Source: Chara braunii (taxonomy: Eukaryota; Plantae; Charophyceae). From it: a stretch of 64,000 bases of DNA. Below, one piece after another: positions 11,217 through 22,437 of the stretch. The notes under the pieces are model-generated. The model saw only the letters and a list, made by a program, of their open reading frames with translations. It was not told the DNA's origin and ran no database searches. The translations under genes and the position numbers were made by a program. Every line of letters starts with the position of its first letter. The stretch's first letter is position 1. The stretch is from assembly GCA_003427395.1 (NCBI GenBank), contig BFEA01000003.1, forward strand, positions 6,476,208-6,540,207. Reading direction: 5' to 3'.

Positions 11217-14200
11217 ACCTCGTACGGAACCCCTAGCGTACGAGTAGCGTACGAGTACAAGAGTACGAATCCGTATTCGTACGAGGGTATGTACAAGTGG
11301 CAATGCAGATAGACTGCTCTAATACTCATGGAAGAAGGAAAGACCCCAGACATTGATGGTCTCCTTAAGGAATTTTGAGAATTTCTCTCAGAAGATCTTA
11401 TATATTTCTATCATGCAGTTTAGACTTCGGAACAATTGGGAGAATTTGTGGGTCAAGGGGTATTAACTCTTCTTTATAAAAAAAAGGATAAAACTAGCAT
11501 TCGTAACTATCGCCCTATTACCCTCTTAACAGTGGCCTATAAACTGATGGTGAAAGCCCTAGCTAATAGACTAACCAAGGTCATTGTTGAAATTATTCAT
11601 CCAACGCAGACAGGGTTTATTACAGGAAGGAATATCCAAGATAACATATTATGAGTTAATGAGTTGATTATGATATCACGTCAATCTAAACATAATGCAA
11701 CCTTCATATTTATAGATTTAGAGGAAGCTTATGACCATGTAGACTGATTATTTCTAGATAAATATTTAGAAAACTTCAACTTTGGTCCGAACTTTAAAAA
11801 CTGGGTGAAAATGTTGCATAAGAATGCTACAACCAGGGTGATAGTAAATGGTAATGTAGCCCCCCTATCTCCTTACAGAGATCAGTAAGACAGGGAGACC
11901 CAATTGTCCCCTTTCTTTTTGTCATAATCATTAAGGTCTTAGCAGCTAACCTCGAGCAACATAAGGACATTAAAAAAATTCAAATGTCATCTATTCCAAA
12001 GGAAGTCATTCCTGTTTTCTTTTTCTTTGTTGATGATCTGTCCCTGATAGTAGAAGCATCTAAAATGAATTTGGAAACAATAAGCAGCCTGATGGATAAA
12101 TTTTGTAGACTGTCTGATATGAGGGTGAATTGGGGTAATAAGGCGATGGGATGGTGCATTCATCATCAACGAGTAAGGCCCCTCGAACTTCCCCAAGTTA
12201 ACTGACTTTTCTTGGGTACTCCCATTAGGGTATTGCTATTTCCCTTTCAACATCAGAAAAACCATCAACTAGCAATAAGTGAATATTTAAACAAGCATAT
12301 GCTAAGTTGAAACTTTGGAAGAGTAAGCAAACTTCTCTCTTTGGTCGTACTCCGGTAATTAATAATGTAGTTTTAACCTCGATCTGGTATAAATCAGCAA
12401 TATGGACGTTGGATAAGAAAATGTTAAGGGTCCGATAACGTCAATTATCAGTCTTTTTATGGAGAGGAAATCATGACCTCAATAAGGTTATTAGCAGGGT
12501 ACCGTGACAATCAGTGATACAACCTAAGGCTAGAGGAGGGTTAGGCATCATTAATCCTTCTTTACAAGCTATGACTTTATCAATTCAATGGATTAAACGC
12601 CTACTTTTTAATCGCCATACCCCTTGGAGTGTGTTGGCATGAGAGCAGATCAGACGTCTTGCCCCGACGACATCTGACAACATAGATCCTATGATGTGGC
12701 TAGAAAATAAATCTTGGCCTCGTCTAAGAGGAGCAGTGAATGAATCGTTAAATCAATGTATATCAAATAGGAGGGCGGCAAGACTGGATTTACATAATGA
12801 TTCGTTTTGGCCTAACCTTATCAAAACATGGAGGAGATTACCATTAACAGACCGAAACCCTCCTGACAAATGGGAGGAGGTATGTCAACATCCACTGTTT
12901 GATAATAGTCTTCTAAAAGATCCTCAAGTATGTGTCATTAACTGTGCAGATTCCCCTTGGAAAGGGTGGGTTAAAAATTGTATTATTAGGATAAAAGACA
13001 TCTGGAAGAGTGAAAAAAAAGAGTGGATTACCCCTTCACAATTATAGATCCACCTTAAGTATTGTCATCATTATGATTTTTTTTTTAAAAATTTTGATTG
13101 ACTAAATGCCTTTGGATTGAGTAAGGATTCTAAAAAAGGAACCTCAGTTATTAGAAAGTAATTGGGTTGCTATAAAAGATCATTCAAATATCTTAGGTAA
13201 TATTGTTTCAGTTTTTTAGAATGGAATGACCCTCCTCACTTCATATGAAATGGATAGGAATCACATGGTTATAATCAAGGACAATAATAGTATAATGAGG
13301 GTGACAAAATATCAAGTATTTAGGATCAGAGTATTGAAACACAAAGATAAATGGAAAGCCCTTAAACCTAATACACCCATAAGTCACCTGACCTTTGATT
13401 CTGCTAATTGGAAGTGGTCTTATACAAGAAGGAAAGAAATAACATATTATTGTACTCTTCACAAGTTGTCAATGAAATCCACTTACAAGATGCTTCGTCC
13501 TAAGATTGTTTTAAGAGACAAGGTAGAGGAAAGATGAATGAAGCATCTTAATGTTAATAAAGAATCATTAAGAAAGTTAAAATGGTTTAGCAAGTTCAAA
13601 ATTAAACCTGCAAAAGTGGCTTCACTGCAATGATAAATAAATCATAGGTGCCTACCTACAAATGACTTGCTTATAAACATGTCGATATTGGAACAAAGGA
13701 AAAAAATGCTTCCCTGGTGTAAATTTTGTAGGTCAGCGTTTCCATCTAAGTTAATTTCTGAGACAATCGAGCATGTCTTCCTGCAGTGTCCTGGGGCCAT
13801 ATGGCTCTGGAGGTGGTGGGACCGTATTTGGTCTAATATGAAAACATAAATTGAATGACCGTGAAACTAAAGAATCCTTTTTCTTGAAACCTGGTTCCCT
13901 GATTTTATTGATGAATTCTCATAAAATTTCAAGTTGTACAACATGGGTAGGAGAGCGGTATTATGGACCATATGGTTAAGGAGATGTACGTATGAAATGA
14001 GGGGAGTTCGGCTAGATGAACTAGAATTCAATGACACAGTTAAACAATAAATAGAAACTGAAATCATTATAAAATGGAAACAGTGTAAGAAAAATGTACA
14101 GTTTATATCCTCGCGAAAAAAAATCCTTCAACAAATTCAACGATTCAACTAAGGATGATTAGGAGGAACTCATGAGGGAAAGATGGGGAGGGCTAAATGG

Positions 14201-14350
14201 GAAGGGGCAAGGAGAGGAGAAGAGGAGGAATCGAGGCAGGATTTTCGTCTTGCTTTCAATGACTAGACTATGATCGACCCAACAATTCCTTCATGACCAA
14301 TATCGGATTTCCCAGACCTCTTTCCCCCCTCGGCGCTGAGTATGGTTTCA
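9531..14350 (+). pseudogene. LINE A ORF2 remnant (APE endonuclease, RT, C-terminal Cys/His motif)
   Basis: Motifs as listed for LINE A; heavily disrupted by stops, frameshifts and deletions. Confidence 0.9.
10845..11308. mobile_element. hAT-like non-autonomous element in LINE A ORF2 (spans gap/poly-A)
   Basis: Ends CTACGTTGCA and GGCAATGCAG; TSD ATAGACAA / ATAGACTG (6/8); many subterminal GTACG(A) repeats. Removing it rejoins SKEEI-TAL of ORF2. Confidence 0.7.
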
Positions 14351-15682
14351 AGGGCTTCGTTTGGGTATGAATGAATCTAAGACTAGTTGAATGACTTGAA
14401 AAATCGTATCTAGCTGAATGAGAGGAAAAATTGTATACATATATTCCCTGTTAATAAGGATTGGTAGATAAGAAAATAATAGTGCTAGGATGATGTTGTT
14501 TTGATCTGGTGCCGCAATGGGGTGAAGAGGCACATCTTTACCCAACTCTATGGTTATTCATATCATTCACATCATTCATATCATCATGTACTCAAGGAAC
14601 GCTGGACCCGGTTTCTAGCAGGTGTAGCTCCCCACCAATAGAATGGAGCTCCCTACATAAAAGGTAGGAGTGCATGCTCTTATCATCACTCCTATCTGTT
14701 GTTGCGGGTGTTTAAAAAAATAAAAAATAAAAAATCCAATCATCATTTGTGCAAATTGAATGAAAACTATACTATCATATTGAAGCGATGGACAAGGGAG
14801 GATAGATCCTGTGCGGATTTTACGGAACCTACAATATCATATGGAAGCAAGGGACGGACTCAGGGAGGAAAGATCCTGACAAATATTACCATAACAACAC
14901 TTCACCAAAGACTTCGTGTTCATGACAGGATGCCTATACTCGAGTCGAGTGAGGGCAAACCCTGAAAATAAATTGGACTTACCCTACGTGACCAGCAATT
15001 TACCATCACCTCTTCCTCATTTCCCTCTCTACAAAGTGGGGGCTTAGTGGGGGCTTTGTGTGAAACTCATTTGTTGCTTTTTTTTTCTTTTTTTTTCTTG
15101 CATTTTTTTAAGGAAAGGACAAAGAGAAGTATATGACAAAGACATTATAGGGTGTGAGGAGTGGGGTAAATAATATGTTTTCTCATGTATAGTAGAGATA
15201 AATGTGGGACAACAGACAGAGACCCACGAGAGTGAAGGACAAATGCTATGCAGGGGGGGAAAGGGTTGGGTGGGGAATAGGTCAAGGAGATCCAGTTCTT
15301 ATCAAGGGTGAGCTCTACTATGAGCCGGCTGTATCTCAGCAAGTGATGGACAAAAGACCATCTATAAATTCCAGTTTGTACGTGTTGGACCTGATTTGGG
15401 AGCAGTTGCAGTGCCCCACCAATAGGAATGGAGGTAACTCGCTATTAGGACGTGCACAGAAAGGGACAGTAACTTGGACATAAGAAGGCTCTGTAGTGTC
15501 GGACTCCATATAAGCAAAAAATATGAAATAACCATTCAATTTTAATTTTGTATTGTATGCTCTCGTTTTGTTGATGGGTCCGTAAGAGGTCGCGGGCTGC
15601 TTCACAAGTGGAGAGACAAGCAACAAAGCGTTTGTACAACGTCTCTATTCTAAGATGTAACTTCAATAGAGTCACAAAAATG

Positions 15683-15819
15683 AGTTATAATTGCACTATG
15701 GGGCAAGATACAATTTGCAACTGCACTTTGGGCACCCTACCTGGCCAGATAGCTGGGTTGTATACATTGCTCAAACTGCAGTTCGAAACGATATCTGGGC
15801 CCATAGTGCAATTATAACT
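15683..15819. repeat. Fold-back/MITE-like palindrome between two ~120-bp direct repeats
   Basis: Perfect 20-bp inverted repeat AGTTATAATTGCACTATGGG (15683-15702 / 15800-15819), extending inward imperfectly. Direct repeats at ~15540-15653 and ~15870-15985; a related arm at ~2272-2305. Confidence 0.75.
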
Positions 15820-16337
15820 TTTTTTTTTACCCCCGCGTAGTTTCCCCATTCATTATTAGCACAATTTATTTTTCATTTTGTATTGTATGTTTTCTCGTTT
15901 TGTTGTCGGGCCCGTAAGAGATCGTGGGCTGCTTCACGAGTAGCGAGGCAAACAACATCAAGCTTGTACAACGTCTCTTATCTAATCTAATTAAATTAAA
16001 TTAGAATAGAATGTTGGTCGATCGTATAAGTAGAATTTTGAACATAGAACAACTCCCAAGGTTGGACTCGAGCCAACAACCCAATGGATAGGGTACTAAG
16101 CAATGTGTGTAATATGACTATGCTTCCCTCCGAGCCGTGCATGCAAGATTTTCAAGCAGCCGACTCTCTATCAGTTTGGCAAGACTAGTAATCGTTTCCG
16201 TGTTTCCCTTCCAGTTTCAAGTACTATGGAAACTCTGACACCACACTTGGTGCCGGCACATGGAAAACAAAGTAGAAGGTGTTCCCAAATTTTCGTGGTA
16301 GAGGCAACTTCATTGCACTTAGGATCGCCTATATTAG

Positions 16338-16711
16338 AGCATCAGTACTTACTCGAGTCGTGCTCTTTAACGCGCCACAATTTTAAGAAACGTACCGACG
16401 ACTACAAGAGCGCCCAAATTCATCCGACTAGAAACGTTTCTACTCTATGTTTTTTCGCGGCCTATAGCTGGGCCAAGTACCGGTGGTTTAAAGCACCAGT
16501 ACACCACATATAGGCCCGTGGGTGTCAACACGAAACCCGCACCACTTTTGAGGCCGCCGATCTTTTTTCTTCAATGGTGGGCCTGGCCGGGCGGCCTCTC
16601 CGCGTTTTGCTTGTGGCGACAAAAACTTTCTACAAGGCTGGGGCCGTGTACTTGCAGTTTAAACCACCACTCCCCCCAACGAATAAAACTCGGGGAGACC
16701 GGTAGTGTGGT
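16338..16711. mobile_element. Three abutting TTAA-family MITE-like units
   Basis: Units 16338-16487, 16492-16658 and 16663-16711 are separated by single TTAA (16488, 16659) and have ACCACC/AGCACC-type ends. Confidence 0.55.
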
Positions 16712-17277
16712 TTGATGAGTAGGCATCTGACCTACCGGTAGCAGAGACTGCCATGACCTTTGAGGGGTCTGAGCTGTGCCAGCATAAACCCGACCCGTAG
16801 ATGTACTGTTGCCTTGTAGTTCAAGTGAGGGTTGTAGATTGACAAACAACAAAAAGAAAAACAAAAGAAAGAAGTTTCATCCTGCCTTTTTTTTTACATG
16901 TTTTTTCTTTTTTCTACATCCCGCCATCCTTGCATGTATTGACGCGCTGCACAAAAGAGCCTTGCTCCCGTACTCACCACTGCAGGAAAGAAAAGAAAAA
17001 TGGCTGTGCATCTTTCCATTCTCTTGCGGAAGCTTCATTCTCATTTTGCACATATGGTGACTAGTGGAGAGAGGCCGTCGAGAATAGATCTTGCTTAGAA
17101 AATAGGTAGATGCACATCCTTTTGTTTTTGTCATTTTTACCGCTTTTGGTCAACGGGAGGCGCGTTTCTGCACAGGGTCGTTGTTCTGCACAGGGTCTTG
17201 GCTCCACTACTCACCAAGTGCCACCAAATGTCCAAAATAAAAAAGAATCATCCCTACAAAATTGGAAGATGCACAAC

Positions 17278-17314
<37 letters not shown>

Positions 17315-18932
17315 GCACAACCTTTTGTTTTTGTTTTTTTGTTTTGAGGGTAACTACGGCGCAGCCACGAAAATAGTTTGTAAATGCACTTAAAACTGCG
17401 TTTTAGCAGTTCAGTCAGGGCCCAAGTTTGGAATGTAATTCATAGGGGATGAGGGCCTCAGGCACCGCCACGGTTAGCGCACGCTGCGCGACTCGTCGCG
17501 GCTGTCTCGACGACGGGTTCGCTTTCGACAGTCTCGAGGATTGTCATCGCGCACTTGACCACTGTAGCTTAGCTATGGTGGTAGTGGAACGACCCGCTGG
17601 TATTCACCTAGAGTATGCAACATCCCCCGTGGGGTCATGCGGACCCTCCCCGTAGCGGCCTGGAGACTTTGAAACCCCTACCTGGTAAGAGTTGACCCAG
17701 GAACAGAGAAGGCAACAACTGACTACAGATAACATAGGAAGAGAACCCTTAAGCTAGGGACCACATGAAAAGGTGCCTAGCGCACGCGCGGTGACACAAC
17801 GGTGCTGGGCCAGGCCCCGTCACGGGCTGACGGGGAAGACGGTCCGACCCTCCACACAGGTGGGGGTTCCACGTTCGACTCCATACCCGCCACGAGGGAC
17901 GACACGTGGCAACAGGGGAAGGGGAAGCCGATACTAGCGGCTGACAGGGGAGTCACAGTGGAGCGAGCCTTGGGCGATCCAAAGTGCGCGACGGCGGATT
18001 CGGGAAACAAAGTCAAGGACCACGGAAACAGTCTTGCAAGCGGAAGTTGGCAAGAAGAGTACGACCAGATCCGAGCAGGTGGCAGGTAGGACATACAACG
18101 AGCAGACACGTGGCACACGCCGAGCAACAGAGGAGAGAAATGTCAATCTACGACAGGCTGGAAGGGTTCAACGGCAGGCGGCGAGAAGCGGGGGAGAGAA
18201 AATAGCAACGTCCTTGAGACCAGGGTAGGGTCAAACGGGCGGCCCCGCGGGCCCGACACATGCTGGCCGGCGGGAAGGCAGGCAGCATAGCTACCGAGCC
18301 GGGACTGTGAGCGGATGATCACCAGAGAGTAGCAAACCGATGAAGATCTCGACCGGAGGGGGAGGAGTCCGAGCAGGAGATCGGCACCAACGGCGACGAG
18401 GCGGCTGCAATCCGGCTGACTGGGTGGGATAAGAACCGCGGCGGTGTGCGGGAAGGAAAATTGACGAACGGAAGGACACATGACAAGCGGACAAGAGGCA
18501 CATGACGAATAGCAGAGGAGAGCAACGAGCAGCGGAGGAGAGAAAACAACAACGTCATAGCGTGCTGGGCAGGATCAAGCGGGCAGCGCCGACAGAACTC
18601 GAGGAGAATGGGATAAGTGGAGAGGTAGATTACAACACAGCCTGACCGGCGAGGGAAGGATCAGAAAGGATCGGCGGGAGAGGAACGGGAGACGGGCAGC
18701 AGAGCTTCCTGTATGAGAATAGCAGGACAGTAAAAGGTTCAGGAACAAGGGTTGGACGAGGTGCAGCAAAGGAGTGACCCGCGATAAAGACAAGGGAACA
18801 GGAAGGTGGAGGTAATCAACCGCGGAAAGTTGGTATAGTCCCTTCCCCCCCCCCNNNNNNNNNNNNNNNNNNNNNNNNNNNNNNNNNNNNNNNNNNNNNN
18901 NNNNNNNNNNNNNNNNNNNNNNNNNNNNNNNN

Positions 18933-18964
<32 letters not shown>

Positions 18965-19048
18965 ACAAACACAATAAACACCGACCAAGACAAGGAGAAG
19001 AGAAAAAACATTCCCACAGTCAACAACACCACACTGCACACACACAGA

Positions 19049-22000
19049 ATGGTGACACGCGACAAGAGGGTTGGGGGTGCCCGTTCCTTAATATACTATC
19101 GAGGGGCCATGAGACACATCCTGAGCAAACACCATACACTAAACCCGTATGAGAGACCAAACAAAAAAATCACCCCCCGGTTAATCGAACAGAAGGGCGA
19201 CCCCCCACCCCAGGGGACCATGCAACTAGATCAGCACCAATGGCCTCCCCTGCCAAGTAACCAGTGCAGAAGTGCAGCAACGCAATCTGAAAACAGACTC
19301 AAAAGCACAGTGATGGACGAGTCAACTCAAGCATCGGAACAAGAGGAAAGGGGCGCTACGCAAGAAGGAACCTCCCCAACAAGGATCTGATCATGGGCAC
19401 AGAAGGAGCGGATGAAGGAGGCGAGGAGGTGAGGGAGGGAGAGGCTCCGTCCGGAAAGGAAAGGAAGGCGGAAAACTCAGACAGGAAGGAGAAGGTTGAG
19501 GGCTCAGATAGGAAGGATGACTCATGGGCACAAAGGGTCAGAAACACGATCCAGAGGAAAACCCTTACTGTCAAACGGGGGCAGTCGGGCGAGGGCCAAG
19601 GAGGGACTGATGAACTGACCATCCCCCTCCGTAATCTCTCGTCGGCCAAGGCGTACTTCCTTACCCTGTTCCTCCTCCCCTCGGAAAACCAATTGGTAGA
19701 CCAAGGAGGGAGGAAGACAATGATGAAGACGTACCCCGCCGACAAGCTGGAGGAGAGAGACAAAGTATACATCAAGCACGCGAGTAACTGGCTCTTTCAC
19801 GGTGAGGTCGCCCAGAAGTTGGTCAATGATAAGATAAGGTGGATCTGTAAAAGGTTGGAAGAAATGAAAGGCAGTACAGAGGCGGTTCAAGAATGTTTTT
19901 TTATCCAGCCTCTCTCCTCAACAGTCTTCACAGTCCTCAGCTTGTTCACACAAGACAAACAAAGGATGGATGGATGAAAGACAATCAGGTGGGACAGATC
20001 GGATGTACGGATATACCCATGGCAACCCAAGAAACTGACCCCAGAGGAGAAAAGAGAACAACTTATGAAGGACTTCTTCTGGGTAGAACTAAGGCACATC
20101 CCGATCGAGGTACAGGCCGCCTTCGTCTGCGATTTCGGACAGGTGTACAACATCGTTGACTTTATTGATCCCCTCCCCTCCTACGTGGCAAAGAGGGACG
20201 ATTACATGATGTTGGCGCTAGATATCCCAAAGGACCAACCGTTTTCGATAGACGACATCATCCCTTATAGGATGGGAGGGAAGACATATCAGATCCACAC
20301 AACGCATAAGTTCAGGCCCTGGTGCTTCAAATGCCAGGCATACGGACACCTGTGCACGGAGTCGGCCTGCCCGCAACATCCCAATAAGAGGAGTCCAACG
20401 GCAGGACGCCTCCAACGGGACCAGCACAGACCCACCAGGTGGCACACTGTCGACCCGGGCCATGAGGGGTGGGTGTACCTGGAGGACTGGGACTCCAAGG
20501 GTCAAATGAAAGGCTGGGTCTGGGAAGGCCGCGGTGACGTATGCTGGGCCACCCGACCGCCCAATGACTGGACCCCGCCGACCCCAAAAGCGGTAACAAA
20601 GTCGGACAAGAACCCACCCTCTCCTGAGGGGCTGGAGAAAAAGGCACCAGAACCGAAGTCGTGCCCCGCCCCGCAGGCGCAGAACAAACACCCGTGCAAG
20701 CCACCCAACAACAATATGCAACCCAAAAAACTGGACCTCGGACCAGCACCATCACAATATCTACCTGCTGGAGACCAACCAACGGACCGGTCCACACGTG
20801 GGGTGCAGCAGAGGGAGTGGAGGCCAAGAGCCAAGGATACAGATCAACCGAGGGCACAGGCTGAGGCACAGGGGGACCATGGTGATACCACAATGGAGGG
20901 CTAGGGGAAAAGGGACTGCTTCAAAGACGCCTTTGGCCCATCATCAATGGAGGTGGAACCAATCCCCGGCGCCCCGGCACCCCCCCCCCCCCCCCGACTG
21001 CCCCCCCGGACGTCGAGATGGCAGATGCCCACCCTCAACAAGAGAACAGTTCATCGGAACTGAACCTTCAGACTGTTGCAGACTGGCTGATGGAGAGCCT
21101 TCACGCGAGATATAAACAGGGCAACGACGATTTCTGGGATGGTGTGTACCTGTCTCTTATACACATCTAGATGTGTATAAGAGACAGGTTGCAGACTGGC
21201 TGATGGAGAGCCTTCACGCGAGATATAAACAGGGCAACGACGATTTCTGGGATGGTGTGTACAGGGCGTTCATCCCAATGTTGGAGAGCAGCGATAACCT
21301 CCAGAAATCCTTGATGCAGGGTCTCCCTGAGGGGGCAGACTGGCAAAATATATGCCAAAAATTGCTCAGTATTGTGCTCAATCAGTTCCACCCACCATCC
21401 ATAGAACAGAAAGTAAGGGCTGAATACGGAACAGGGGAGGCGAGGGATGAAGAGACCACCACACAAATGAAAGGCGCTTGTTCTGGGGGGAGAATGAGAT
21501 CAACAAGGGGCAATCCCCAGAGGCTCAACCAAGGCAAAAGTCACAAGGGGAGGGGAGTGGGACGTAGGGTGGACAAAACAGGACTGAGGGGCAGCCCTAC
21601 GAGAAAGCGAAGGACAAGAAAGAAAGGGCAGTGGTGGAGGAAGCGGAGAAAGGGACAGGGAGAAAGATTGGGGAAAACAGGGTTGGAGGGAGGCCGCACA
21701 AGGAGGCAGGGCGGGGGGCGGATGAGGCAGAAGCCTTACAGGAGCTCCGGTCAGACTCGCAACTGAGCCGGGGAGAGGAGGGAACACAGCAGACTGAGAC
21801 AAGCCCCCCAGAGGGCTTCTGTTTAGCATTACCTGCCTGGACGGCGGGCCCCCCCCACAACCCTCCAAGCTAGGCCCCCCACCCCCCCCCCAAGCCCCCC
21901 GAAGACGAACTTACCAGTAAGAGACAAAAAGTCTCCCACCTCCTGGAAAAAGCACCGACTGAAGGATCCCCCTCGATGAAGGGGGTCGTGTTTCTGCCAT

Positions 22001-22437
22001 TAAGAAAAAAGGAAGGGAGCTGGGAGCTGGGCCTGATAGCGCCCTCAGGGGCAACACGCGGTGAAGTTTCAATGGGAGGGAGATCCTCCCTCTTTCTTTC
22101 TCTCACATCCTGGGCTGACAGCCTGACATTACGAAAGACCGACATACTGCAATTGGTGCAGGATCAGCTTCCGGAGGGAGCCTCCGCGGCCCTCGTCATG
22201 TCATATGGCCAGCATAGGTTGACAACCAAGGACATCTACCTGCAATACACGCTCACACCCTCAGAGGGCCTACGGTGGTTCAATCAGGATGCCCTCAGGA
22301 ACCTGCAACTGTTAAAAATCAAAGCAGGAGATCTCTGGGTGATCGCGGATATCTGGTCCTTCTTAGTGAAGCTGCTGCGAAGTGACCCACTGCAAAACGG
22401 CGGCGCCGTGGACACAGGGAAGTGGCTCCCCGTTTGA
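19049..22437 (+). pseudogene. LINE B ORF1 (disrupted; true start may lie upstream of the gap)
   Basis: Fragments 19393-19977, 20065-20904 (CFKCQAYGHLCTESAC knuckle) and 21976-22437; homologous to LINE A ORF1. Confidence 0.85.
21150..21187. other. Complete Nextera mate-pair junction adapter (assembly artefact)
   Basis: CTGTCTCTTATACACATCT+AGATGTGTATAAGAGACAG, flanked by an exact 75-bp duplication (21075-21149 = 21188-21262). Confidence 0.99.

Larger units (their letters stand above)
4850..14734 (+). mobile_element. LINE A: old, degenerate L1/Tx1-clade non-LTR retrotransposon (5' boundary approximate)
   Basis: ORF1 remnants are collinear with LINE B (SWAQKVR, PLRNLSS, CFKCKAYRH). ORF2 remnants include MNVNG, SRIDLIL, NYRPITLL, QTGFITGRNIQDN, FFVDDL and CKFC...ETIEHVFLQC. 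Conserved 3' motif at 14596-14712 and A-rich tail at 14714-14734. Confidence 0.93.

Noticed and set aside
16052-16082. tRNA T-arm/acceptor-like fragment on the minus strand
   Set aside because: Only ~30 nt, with no D or anticodon arm; cannot be called as a tRNA or SINE.
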